Shown: positions 53,599 to 62,642, numbered from the stretch's first letter. The stretch: DNA of 64,000 nt from an uncultured Candidatus Rokubacteria bacterium (GCA_963789955.1 CAWBMV010000034.1:800001-864000); one strand, 5' to 3'. The notes: a model not told the origin generated them from the sequence alone. Made by a program: numbers and translations.

Positions 53599-54648
53599 GT
53601 GCTGAAATCCGAGGAGGTTCGGCGACAAGTGGCCCAGAGACTTCGGGAGCTTCTCCCGAAGGCGAAAGGCTGGCAGGAGAGCATCGGCTCCAAAATAGGC
53701 GGACAAGTCGTCGATTTGTTGGCCAGATTCCAGCTGGCCGGCCAGGAGCACACGTTGGTCGTTGAAGTGACGCCTCTCGGCCAGCCACGCCAGATCAGGG
53801 CCGCCGTGACCAGGCTGAACGACATTCGACGGGAGCTTCCGGGCGCCTATCCGATGGCCGGCGCCGTCTATATCGGCCCGCAGAGCGCGCGAATCCTCAA
53901 GAGCAACAACCTCGGCTTCGTGGATCTCTCGGGCAACTGCTACCTCGCCCTGGAGAACGCGCTGATCGAGAAGGAGGGCAAGCGGAACGTCCGGCCCTCG
54001 ACGCGGCCCCTTCGCTCGCTCTTCGCCCCCCGCGCCACGCGCGTGATCCGCGTGCTGCTGGTCGAGCCCGACCGGGCGTGGCGGCTGGAGGAGCTCGGGC
54101 GCGCCGCCGAGGTGAGCCTCGGCCACTCGCACAACGTGATCAAGCGACTCGAAGAGCTCGCATGGGTCGAGCGTGACGACAGCCAGCGGTTCCGGCTCTC
54201 GAAGCCGGCCGACCTGCTCGAGGGGTGGTGCGAGTCGTACACGTATCGAGCCAACGAGCGTACCTCGTATCTCGCTCCGGAGCGCGTCACGCGAAAGTTC
54301 ATGGGCGAGGTCGCCCGGGTCGCGGGCGCCGAGGGGCGCCGGTACGCCTTCACCTTGAACGCCGGCGCCGCGTTGCTGGCACCCAGTCTGAGATTGCCGG
54401 CCGTTCACTGCTACCTCGAGGGAGACCCCGCGCCGGTCGCTCGCACGCTCGGGCTGCGACCGGCCGCGGAGGTCGACGGAGCGCTCCACTTGCTCGCGCC
54501 CTACGATCTCGGCGTGTTCTACGGCGCCTTCGAGAAGGGCGGGCTCAAGGTGGTGTGCTTGCCGCAGCTGTACGCCGATCTCGTGCACTACGAGCGCCGC
54601 GGACGGGAGCAGGCCGAGCACCTGCGGCGCGAGGCGATGGGCTACTGA
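53599..54648 (+). CDS. Type IV TA AbiEi-family (DUF2186/AbiEi_2-like) antitoxin/transcriptional regulator
   Basis: GFVDLSGNCYL, wHTH WRLEELGRAAEVSLGHSHNVIKRLEE, LLEGW, YAFT..GA, PQLYADL..RGREQAEHL. Confidence 0.75.
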   Translation: MLKSEEVRRQVAQRLRELLPKAKGWQESIGSKIGGQVVDLLARFQLAGQEHTLVVEVTPLGQPRQIRAAVTRLNDIRRELPGAYPMAGAVYIGPQSARILKSNNLGFVDLSGNCYLALENALIEKEGKRNVRPSTRPLRSLFAPRATRVIRVLLVEPDRAWRLEELGRAAEVSLGHSHNVIKRLEELAWVERDDSQRFRLSKPADLLEGWCESYTYRANERTSYLAPERVTRKFMGEVARVAGAEGRRYAFTLNAGAALLAPSLRLPAVHCYLEGDPAPVARTLGLRPAAEVDGALHLLAPYDLGVFYGAFEKGGLKVVCLPQLYADLVHYERRGREQAEHLRREAMGY

Positions 54649-54672
54649 ACGATCGCGGAAGGAGGTGATCTA

Positions 54673-54711
54673 GTGGCCAAGAAGAAGGCGACGAAGAAAA
54701 AGAAGAAGTAG
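54673..54711 (+). CDS. Lysine-rich micropeptide MAKKKATKKKKK (12 aa)
   Basis: AAGGAGGTGATC SD immediately upstream of GTG; 8 Lys codons; TAG stop. Confidence 0.65.
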   Translation: MAKKKATKKKKK

Positions 54712-54767
54712 ATCCGATCCGATGAGGGCGGCACCGAGCTTGGACACGGAAGGAGGTGAGACGCTCG

Positions 54768-54800
54768 ATGAAGAAGAAGGCCAAGAAGAAGAAGAAGTAG
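54768..54800 (+). CDS. Lysine-rich micropeptide MKKKAKKKKK (10 aa)
   Basis: AAGGAGGTGA SD upstream of ATG; 8 Lys codons; TAG TAA double stop. Confidence 0.65.
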   Translation: MKKKAKKKKK

Positions 54801-54846
54801 TAACGCGGCTGCGCTTGGTGGGGGGTGGCGGCCTCCCACCGTTGAC

Positions 54847-54880
54847 CATGCGGGAGGGGGCCAACGCCCCCTCCCGCGTG
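54847..54880. terminator. Long hairpin between the convergent micropeptide unit and rpmB
   Basis: CATGCGGGAGGGGGC-CAAC-GCCCCCTCCCGCGTG, a 15-bp stem with one G-U pair; a second hairpin lies at ~54817-54840. Confidence 0.65.
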
Positions 54881-54888
54881 TGCTGTGC

Positions 54889-55080
54889 TTAAATGACCTT
54901 CGTGACCTTGCCGGCCTTGAGGCAGCGGGTGCACACGCGCACGCGCCGGGGCTTTCCAGCCATCATGGCGCGCATCGAGACCAGATTCGGAAGCCACCGC
55001 CGCCGTGTCAGCTTGTGAGCATGGCTGATCGTGTTCCCGACGGAGGGGCCTTTTCCACAGACGTCGCAGCGCTGAGCCAT
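54889..55080 (-). CDS. rpmB: 50S ribosomal protein bL28 (zinc-binding form)
   Basis: MAQRCDVCGKGPSVGNTISHAHKLTRRRWLPNL...VCTRCLK. Confidence 0.95.
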   Translation of the reverse strand: MAQRCDVCGKGPSVGNTISHAHKLTRRRWLPNLVSMRAMMAGKPRRVRVCTRCLKAGKVTKVI

Positions 55081-55145
55081 TTGTGCTCCCTGGAATTGAG
55101 TTTCCGAGGACAGAACCGAAGGCACTGTATAGCACAGGGGCCGCC

Positions 55146-57236
55146 ATGAAGCAAACCGCCGCGGCGTCGAATCTCGCGACGCCTCTGCAGTTCGTCAAAG
55201 GCGTCGGCCCGCAGCGCGCGGGTCAGCTCGAGCGGAAGGGGCTTCGCACCGTCGAGGACGCCCTCTTCTTCGTGCCGCTCCGCCACGAGGACCGAACCCG
55301 GCTGACGCCGTTCCGGTCGCTCGTCCCCGGCCAGGCCGCGACGTGCTCGGGCACGATCGTCGGCGTGAGCCCGCCGCCGCCCGGACGGTTCCGCGTGCCG
55401 TTCACCGTCATGCTGCGCGACTCGAGCGGCTACGCCACCGCCAGCTGGTTCGGCTGGCGGTATCTGTCGCGCGTCCTCAAGCGCGGCCAGCAGCTCGTGC
55501 TGCACGGCCGTGTCGGGCGCTACAAGGGCGCGATCGTCCTGCAGCAGCCGGACTACGAGATCGTCGAGAACGGCGAGGACGAGCGCCTGCACACGGGCCG
55601 CCTGGTCCCGGTGTATTCGCTCACCGAGGGGCTGCCCCAGCGCGCGCTCCGCTCCATCATGTGGCGGCTCGTCGAGGCGCACGCCGCCGAAGTGGAAGAG
55701 GTGCTTCCCGAGAGTGTTCGCGGGCGACGGGGACTCGTCGGACTCGCGCAGGCGATCAAGGACGCGCATTTTCCCGAGACCGATGCGGCACTGGCGGCGG
55801 CGAGCCGCCGCCTCTCGTTCGACGAGGGCCTGCTGCTCCAGCTCGGGCTCGCGATCCTGCGTTCCCGGGTCGCTCGCGCGCGCGGGCTGGCGCTGAATCC
55901 GCGGGGCGATCTGGTCGCGCGGCTGCGCGCGCGGCTGCCGTGGAAGCTGACGGGGGCGCAGGAACGCGTGTGGGAGGAGATCCGCCGCGACATGGCGGAG
56001 CCGCACCCGATGCATCGCCTCCTGCAGGGCGACGTCGGCTCAGGCAAGACGATCGTGGCCGCCCAGGGGGTGCTGACGGCGATCGAAGCCGGCTACCAGG
56101 CGGCGGTCATGGCGCCGACCGAGATCCTGGCCGAGCAGCACTTCATGACGTTCCGCCAGCTGCTCGAGCCGCTCGGTGTGCGTCTGACCCTCTTGACCTC
56201 GTCGCTCAAGCCGAGCGAGCGGAAGGCGCGGCGCGCCGTCCTGGCCGCGGGAGAGATCGAGTGCGTGGTGGGCACCCACGCGCTCGTCCAGGAGGGCGTC
56301 GACTTTCGCCGCCTCGGGCTCGTGGTCGTCGACGAGCAGCACCGGTTCGGGGTCGAGCAGCGCGCGCGGCTGCGCGGGAAGGGCGAGCACCCCGATCTCC
56401 TGGTGATGACGGCGACGCCGATTCCGCGCACCCTGGCTCTCACGATCTACGGCGACCTGGACGTGTCGGTGCTCGACGAGCTACCGCCCGGACGCCGCCC
56501 GATCGTCACCGTCGCCCGCTCGGAGGGCAAGCGCCGCGCGATCTACAAGTTCCTCAGAGAGCAGGTCGCCGGCGGCCGCCAGATCTACGTGGTCTACCCG
56601 CTGGTCGAGGAATCCGAGGCGCTCGACCTCAAGGCGGCGACCGACATGGCGCGTCACCTCGCGGACGAAGTCTTCCCCGATCTCACGGTCGGCCTGCTGC
56701 ACGGGCGTCTCGGCTTCGAGGAGAAGGACGCGATCATGCAGCGCTTCAAGGCCGGCGAGATCGACGTGCTCGTCTCGACGACCGTCATCGAGGTCGGCAT
56801 CGACGTGCCGAACGCATCGGTCATGCTGATCGAGCACGCCGAGCGCTTCGGTCTCTCGCAGCTGCACCAGCTGCGCGGACGCGTGGGGCGCGGCGAGTGG
56901 AAGTCGTACTGCATCCTGCTCACCGCCGGCCGTCTCACCGAGGAGGCCCAGCGGCGGATCGACGCGATGACCTCCACGAACGACGGCTTCCGTATCGCCG
57001 AGGTCGACCTCGAGCTGCGCGGCCCGGGCGAGTTCTTCGGCACGCGGCAGTCGGGGCTCCCGGAGTTCCGGGCGGTCGACATCCTGCGCGACACGAACCT
57101 GCTCGAGGAGGCGCGCCGCGAGGCGAGCGCGATCATCGCGCGCGACCGCGAGCTGTCGGATCCGGCGCATCGTCCGCTCCGCGCCGCGTTGCTCGCACGC
57201 TGGCGGGGCAAGCTCGCGCTGGCGACTGCCGGCTAG
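55146..57236 (+). CDS. recG: ATP-dependent DNA helicase RecG
   Basis: KGVGP, LQGDVGSGKT, APTEILAEQH, DEQHRFG, TATPIPRT, QLHQLRGRVGR. Confidence 0.96.
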   Translation: MKQTAAASNLATPLQFVKGVGPQRAGQLERKGLRTVEDALFFVPLRHEDRTRLTPFRSLVPGQAATCSGTIVGVSPPPPGRFRVPFTVMLRDSSGYATASWFGWRYLSRVLKRGQQLVLHGRVGRYKGAIVLQQPDYEIVENGEDERLHTGRLVPVYSLTEGLPQRALRSIMWRLVEAHAAEVEEVLPESVRGRRGLVGLAQAIKDAHFPETDAALAAASRRLSFDEGLLLQLGLAILRSRVARARGLALNPRGDLVARLRARLPWKLTGAQERVWEEIRRDMAEPHPMHRLLQGDVGSGKTIVAAQGVLTAIEAGYQAAVMAPTEILAEQHFMTFRQLLEPLGVRLTLLTSSLKPSERKARRAVLAAGEIECVVGTHALVQEGVDFRRLGLVVVDEQHRFGVEQRARLRGKGEHPDLLVMTATPIPRTLALTIYGDLDVSVLDELPPGRRPIVTVARSEGKRRAIYKFLREQVAGGRQIYVVYPLVEESEALDLKAATDMARHLADEVFPDLTVGLLHGRLGFEEKDAIMQRFKAGEIDVLVSTTVIEVGIDVPNASVMLIEHAERFGLSQLHQLRGRVGRGEWKSYCILLTAGRLTEEAQRRIDAMTSTNDGFRIAEVDLELRGPGEFFGTRQSGLPEFRAVDILRDTNLLEEARREASAIIARDRELSDPAHRPLRAALLARWRGKLALATAG

Positions 57237-57248
57237 GGGTGCGTAGGA

Positions 57249-57284
57249 GTTAATATATATAGCAATATATAATATATATTGACA
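57249..57284. promoter_or_regulatory. AT-rich inverted repeat (operator/UP element) abutting a TTGACA
   Basis: GTTAATATATAT-11nt-ATATATATTGAC; 29 of 31 nt are A/T at 57250-57280. Confidence 0.55.
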
Positions 57285-57544
57285 CCGGCCCCCGCGAGGT
57301 CCAGCGTGTGCGTAGTTGTGAAGCTGGTGACGCGCTTTTGAGGCGGGGAACCTCGAGGGCGCGCCGGCTGAACGCCGCGACCGATGTCGCGAGGTGCAGT
57401 GAGGTGCACCTCCCCGCTCCCCTGACGGTCTCCGCAGACCGCCCGCCCGGTAGCTCTTCGAAGGCTCGGAATCGCCCCGGCAGATCTTGCTGCCACGGCT
57501 CACCCTGGGGTCTACCTCTCCAGGCTGGGAAAGGCACGCTCGAC

Positions 57545-57964
57545 ATGTCCGGTCCGATGACGGGGACACCGGTGGCGATTTTCAACTCCCATGCGGAGTT
57601 CATCCACTCACTCAAAGACGCCCTCGAGCGTGAGGGACTGACGACTGTTACCGCGCTCCTGGCCGAGATCCAGGACGGCACGCTCGATCTCGTCGCGTTC
57701 CTGGAGACGCACGACCCGCAGGTGATCGTGTACGACCTCCCCCGTCCCTTCGAGCGGCACTGGAACTTCCTGCGGCTCCTGAAGCAGACCCACGGTCTGC
57801 GCAAGAAGGCCTGGATCCTCACGACCACTGACAAGAAGGCGCTGGACGCGGCGGTGGGAGCGTCCGGCGTGATCGAGATCATTTTCGGCGAGCCCTATGG
57901 AGTCGACGAGGTCGTGGAGGCGGTCCGCAACGCGCTGTCAAACGGCCGGCCCGTTGAAGCGTGA
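57545..57964 (+). CDS. Atypical stand-alone receiver-like protein
   Basis: CheY-like layout, PQVIVYD retains Asp, WILTT; acidic pair absent and KP replaced by EP. Confidence 0.6.
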   Translation: MSGPMTGTPVAIFNSHAEFIHSLKDALEREGLTTVTALLAEIQDGTLDLVAFLETHDPQVIVYDLPRPFERHWNFLRLLKQTHGLRKKAWILTTTDKKALDAAVGASGVIEIIFGEPYGVDEVVEAVRNALSNGRPVEA

Positions 57965-57976
57965 GGAGTGACGCGC

Positions 57977-58411
57977 ATGAGTGCGAACCGTTCTTCGCCG
58001 GATCGCGTGTACCTGGGGGGCGTGCGAGTTCTCCTGGTCGACAACTCGCAGTCCATCCGTGAGGTGGTGACCGCCATGCTCGAGGACTACGGCGCGAGCG
58101 TGACCGCGGTCGGCACGGCCGACGAGGCGCTGGAGGTGCTGGAGCGCGAGCGCCCCGAGGTCCTCCTGAGCGCGCTGGCGATGCCGGACAAGGGGGGCTA
58201 CTGGCTCATCGGCAAGGTTCGCGGCCTGCCGCCCGAACGCGGGGGCACGACGCCGGCCGCCGCGTTCACTGGGTTCACCGGTCCCGCGCATCGAGCCAGC
58301 ATCTTGCGCGCCGGGTTCCAGTACCACATCGAGAAGCCAGTCACCTCGGACAACCTCGCCGGGATCGTCGCGCTGCTGGCGCTGAAAGCTCCATCCTCTC
58401 CGCAAGACTGA
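57977..58411 (+). CDS. Stand-alone pseudo-receiver (phospho-Asp replaced by Ala)
   Basis: RVLLVDNS, PEVLLSALAMPDKGGY, PAAAFTG, AGFQYHIEKPV. Confidence 0.8.
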   Translation: MSANRSSPDRVYLGGVRVLLVDNSQSIREVVTAMLEDYGASVTAVGTADEALEVLERERPEVLLSALAMPDKGGYWLIGKVRGLPPERGGTTPAAAFTGFTGPAHRASILRAGFQYHIEKPVTSDNLAGIVALLALKAPSSPQD

Positions 58412-58529
58412 ACCCAGGCATCGCGGTCGCGTGGCAGGGCCGGACCATTCCCGAGGCCCCCTGTGTTACCTTCCCCCGCGTCATGTCGCGAACACGAAGC
58501 TCCCCGATCGATCGCACCCGCCGGTCGGC

Positions 58530-59085
58530 GTGCGCGTGATCGCCGGAGCGCTGAAGGGCCGGCGGCTCGTGACGCCGCGGGGCGCGACGACGCGCCCGAC
58601 CGCCGATCAGGTGCGCATCGCGTTGATGGATACGCTCGGGCCCTGGCTCCCCGATGCACGCCTGCTCGATCTCTTCGCCGGTGCCGGCGGGGTCGGCGTT
58701 CGAGGCGCTCTCGCGCGGGGCGGCGCACGCGACGTTCGTCGAGCGTGATCCGCGCGCGATCGCCGCGCTCGTCGAGAATATCCGGACGCTCGACCTCGAG
58801 CCGCGGACCTCCGTCGCCCGTGGCGACGTCGCACGACAGCTCGAACGGCTGGCCGGCGAGGCGCGCCGGTTCGAGATCGTCTTCCTCGATCCGCCCTATG
58901 CGACGGACGACGGCGAGCGCGTGCTCGCGGCGCTCGGCGACGGCGCGCTGCTCGCCCCGGCCGGCATCGTCATCGCGCAGCATCTGACCAAGCGGCGTCC
59001 GGCGCCGGAATACGGCGTGCTGCGCGCGTTTCGCGACCGTCGATTCGGGGAGACGACCTTGACTTTCTTTCGAGCGGGAGGGTAG
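58530..59085 (+). CDS. rsmD: 16S rRNA m2G966 methyltransferase (frameshift ~58698)
   Basis: RVIAGALKGRRL, TRPT, LDLFAGAG, then EALSRGA and FLDPPY in the next frame. Confidence 0.9.
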
Positions 59086-59094
59086 CCTACCGCC

Positions 59095-59580
59095 GTGGCC
59101 AAGCGTGCCGTCTATCCCGGCATGTTCGATCCCGTGCACAACGGCCACGTCGACGTCATCCAGCGCAGCCTGCAGATCTTCGACGAGCTCATCGTCGCGG
59201 TGGTCGCCAATCCGTCGAAGCAGCCGCTCTTCTCGGTGAAGGAGCGGCTCGAGATGATCGACGAGGCCACCTCCGATCTGAGCAATTTCCGGATCGTCGC
59301 CTTCGACGGGCTCTTGATCGACCTGGTGGCGCGCGAGCGTGCCGACTGCATCGTGCGAGGCATCCGCGCCGTGTCGGACTTCGAGTACGAGTTCCAGATG
59401 GCGCTGATGAACCGGAAGCTCCGCAGCACCGTCGAGACGGTGTTCCTGATGCCCCACGAGAAGTACACGTACATCTCGTCGCGCCTCATCAAGGAAGTCG
59501 CCAGCTTCGGCACGTCGGTAGCCGGCATGGTGCCGCCGATCGTCGAGAAGCGACTGGCCGAGAAGTACCCTCCCAAGTAA
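59095..59580 (+). CDS. coaD: Phosphopantetheine adenylyltransferase
   Basis: YPGMFDPVHNGH, RGIRAVSDFEYE, ISSRLIKE. Confidence 0.96.
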   Translation: MAKRAVYPGMFDPVHNGHVDVIQRSLQIFDELIVAVVANPSKQPLFSVKERLEMIDEATSDLSNFRIVAFDGLLIDLVARERADCIVRGIRAVSDFEYEFQMALMNRKLRSTVETVFLMPHEKYTYISSRLIKEVASFGTSVAGMVPPIVEKRLAEKYPPK

Positions 59581-59611
59581 CCCGGCGGTTCGCCGCCGAA
59601 GGAGCCACGCC

Positions 59612-60812
59612 GTGCTGGCCGATCGCTTGAAGACGCTTGCCCCCTCGTCGACGCTCGCCGTGCAGGCGAAGGCCCGTGAGCTGCGCCGCCGCGGCGTCGA
59701 CGTGATCTCGTTCGGCGCGGGTGAGCCGGATTTCGACACGCCCGAGCGGATCAAGAACGCGGCGATCCAGGCGATGCGGCAGGGCCACACGAAGTACACC
59801 GAGGTCGGCGGCGTGCCGGAGCTGCGTGCCGCGGTCTGCAGCAAGTTCAAGCGCGACAACGGGCTCGACTACGAGCCGGCCGACATCCTGATCTCGTGCG
59901 GCGCCAAGCACACCTTGTTCAACATGGTGGTCGCCCTGTCTGAACCCGGGTGACGAGGTGCTGGTGCCGAGCCCGTTCTGGGTCTCGTATCCGGAGCAGG
60001 CGCGGCTCGTCGGCGCGGTGCCGGTCGCCGTGGCCACGCAGGAGCGAACCGGATTCGACCTGGACCCGGATCGGCTCCGCGCCGCGGTCACGCCGCGCAC
60101 GAAGGCGATCATCCTGAACAGCCCCAACAACCCGACGGGCGCGGTCTTCTCGCCCGCCGCGCTGTCCGCCGTCGCCGCGCTCGCCGTCGAGCGACAGCTG
60201 ATCGTCGTGTCCGACGAGTGCTACGAGGCGCTCACGTTCGAGGGGCGTCACCAGTCGATCGCCGGCCTCGGGCCGGAGATCAAGGCGCTCACGCTCACGA
60301 TCAACACGTGCTCGAAGGCGTACGCGATGACCGGCTGGCGCATCGGCTTCGCGGCCGGCCCGCGCGAGCTCATTCGCGCGATGACCGACGTCCAGAGCCA
60401 GGTGACGTCGAACCCGTCGTCGGTCGCCCAGTGGGCCGCCGTCGAGGCGCTCGCCGGAGCCCAGGACGAGGTCGCCAAGATGGCCGGCGAGTTCGATCGG
60501 CGGCGGCGTCTCATCGTGCCGGGGCTCAACGCACTCCCCGGCGTGTCGTGCGCGATGCCGAAAGGGGCGTTCTACGCGTTTGCGAACGTCTCCGGCCTGT
60601 TCGGACGAGAGTGGCGATCGGCCGAGGGCCCGAAGACTCTCAAGGGATCGCTCGACGTCACCGCGTTCCTCCTCGAGGAGGCGAAGGTGGCGGTCGTCCC
60701 GGGTGTCGACTTCGGCTCCGACGATCACGTGCGGCTCTCGTACGCGACCAGCGAGGCGCTGATCAGCGACGGCCTGACGCGGATGCGGGCGGCCCTGCAG
60801 CGGCTCGCGTGA
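59612..60812 (+). CDS. PLP-dependent class I aminotransferase (AspC-like; frameshift ~59940)
   Basis: AGEPDFDTP, TKYT, GAKH, NSPNNPTG, SDECY, SKAYAMTGWRIG. Confidence 0.92.
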
Positions 60813-60865
60813 TCGTTGCGCGCCTTGACAGCCCGCGCGACATTCTCTACTAAGGAGAGCTACCG

Positions 60866-61306
60866 ATGAAGCTTGAAGGCTCGTACGACGTGAAGGCGCC
60901 CCGCGACAAGGTCTGGAACGCGTTTCTCGATCCCGCGACGCTCCAGAAGGCGATTCCCGGCTGCGAGAAGCTCGAGCTGATCGGCGCCGACGAGTACAAG
61001 GCGACGCTCAAGATCGGCGTCGCCGCGGTCAAGGGAACGTTCGAGGGCAAGGTGCGGCTGCTCGACAAGAAGCCCCCCGAGTCCTACCGTCTGGCCGCCG
61101 AGGGGAGCGGCGGGCCGGGGTTCGTCCGGTCCGACACCGTGATCACCCTGTCGGACATCGAGGGCGGCACGCGCGTCTCGTACAGCGCGGACGTCCAGGT
61201 CGGCGGCCTCATCGCGGGCGTCGGCCAGCGCATGCTCGGCGGCGTGTCCAAGATGATGGCCGATCAGTTCTTCAACCGGATGGGCGAGCTGCTGACGACC
61301 GCCTGA
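60866..61306 (+). CDS. CoxG/SRPBCC family protein
   Basis: VWNAFLDPATLQKAIPGCE, GGLIAGVGQRM. Confidence 0.85.
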   Translation: MKLEGSYDVKAPRDKVWNAFLDPATLQKAIPGCEKLELIGADEYKATLKIGVAAVKGTFEGKVRLLDKKPPESYRLAAEGSGGPGFVRSDTVITLSDIEGGTRVSYSADVQVGGLIAGVGQRMLGGVSKMMADQFFNRMGELLTTA

Positions 61307-61316
61307 CCGAGCCCGA

Positions 61317-62642
61317 ATGCCCTCCCGCTATCTCGAGCCGCGTCTGGAGCGTGCGTCACGCGCCGAGATGACGCGGGTGCAGACGCGGCGCCTGCGCGAG
61401 CAGCTGGCCCACGCCGCGGCGCACAGCCCGTTCTACCGGCGCAAGCTCAAGACCGCAGGGATCAAGCCCGCGGCGATCCGGACGCTCGGCGATCTGGCCG
61501 AGCTGCCCTTCACGACCAAGGACGAGCTGAAGGACAACCAGGCCGAGAAACCGCCGTGGGGCGACGTCCTCGCGGTCGCCCTCGACGACGTGCTCCGCAT
61601 CCACATGACCTCGGCCACGACCGGCCGGCCTCTCGCGTTCCTCGACACGCGCGACGACTGGTACGGCTTCTATCATTCCTATGCGCGCGCGCTCCACGCC
61701 TTCGGCGTGCGAAAGTCCGACTTCGTGATGGCGGCCTTCTCGTACGGCCCGTGGATCGGCTACTGGTCCGGCTTCTACGCGGCGCAGGATCTCGGCTGCC
61801 TCGTCTTTCCGGTCGGCGGTCTCTCGACCGACCAGCGGATCGACGCGCTGCTGAACTATCCGATCACGGTGCTCGGCTGCACGCCGTCCTACGCCCTCTT
61901 TCTGGGCGAGGCCGCGGCGAAGAAGGGCATCGACCTCGCCAAGGACACGAAGGTCCGGATCACCTGGCACACCGGCGAGCCGGGCGCGTCCATCCCCGCG
62001 ACCCGGGCGAAGATCGAGTCCGCGTTCGGCGCCAAAGCCTACGACCTGCCGGGGCTGACCGAGATCGCGGCGTGGGGGTTCGAGTGCGAGGCGCGCGCGG
62101 GATTGACCCACGTGAACGAGGACTACTGCTACCCCGAGGTGCTCGACGAGCAGGGGCGAGCGGTCGAGCCCGGCGAGCGCGGAGAGCTCGTCTTCACGAG
62201 CCTCTATCGCAAGGCGATGCCGCTCCTGCGCTATCGGACGCGCGACATCGTCCAGCTGGCCGACCGGCGGTGCCCCTGCGGGCGCACCCTGGTCGCGTTC
62301 GAGGGCGGTGTGCTCGGGCGGCTCGACGACATGAAGAAGATTCGCGGCGTGATCGTCTACCCGCGCCGCGTCGAGGAGCTGGTGCGGCCGCACGCGGACG
62401 TCGACGAGTTCCAGATCGTGTTCCGGCGCCATGAAGGTCTCGACGACATCTTGATCCGCATCGATCCCTCGCCGTCGCTCTCGCTCGGCGACCGCGGCGG
62501 GCTCCAGGCGAAGCTCACCGAGGATCTCAGGATCGGGCTCGGCATCCGCGTCACCGTCGACGTCGGCGAGCCTGGATCCTTGCCGCGCTGGGACCACAAG
62601 GCCAAGCGTGTGCGCGACGAGCGAACGGAGGTGCCGTTTTGA
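61317..62642 (+). CDS. Phenylacetate--CoA ligase family protein
   Basis: LPFTTKDEL, TSATTG, CTPSYA, GELVFTSL, LLRYRTRD, GRLDDM. Confidence 0.88.
   Translation: MPSRYLEPRLERASRAEMTRVQTRRLREQLAHAAAHSPFYRRKLKTAGIKPAAIRTLGDLAELPFTTKDELKDNQAEKPPWGDVLAVALDDVLRIHMTSATTGRPLAFLDTRDDWYGFYHSYARALHAFGVRKSDFVMAAFSYGPWIGYWSGFYAAQDLGCLVFPVGGLSTDQRIDALLNYPITVLGCTPSYALFLGEAAAKKGIDLAKDTKVRITWHTGEPGASIPATRAKIESAFGAKAYDLPGLTEIAAWGFECEARAGLTHVNEDYCYPEVLDEQGRAVEPGERGELVFTSLYRKAMPLLRYRTRDIVQLADRRCPCGRTLVAFEGGVLGRLDDMKKIRGVIVYPRRVEELVRPHADVDEFQIVFRRHEGLDDILIRIDPSPSLSLGDRGGLQAKLTEDLRIGLGIRVTVDVGEPGSLPRWDHKAKRVRDERTEVPF

Noticed and set aside
53482..53765. C-terminal extension of ORF 51879..53765 overlapping the AbiEi-like gene
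   Set aside because: It reads through a promoter and operator; a frameshift near 53460 gives a plausible stop at 53481
54659..54670. AAGGAGGTGATC as a 16S rRNA 3' end on the minus strand
   Set aside because: No flanking rRNA sequence; it sits directly before a start codon, so it is read as an SD
54655..54803. CRISPR-like repeat
   Set aside because: Only two imperfect units, no regular spacers and no cas genes
54545..55198. Minus-strand ORFs with poly-Phe/Leu/Ser runs, or a simple (AAG)n microsatellite
   Set aside because: These are antisense shadows of the Lys micro-ORFs and alternate frames of rpmB; the AAG tracts are framed by SD, start and stop
60866..61306. Evidence for an aerobic CO dehydrogenase cluster
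   Set aside because: Only a CoxG/SRPBCC gene is present; no coxLMS in the window
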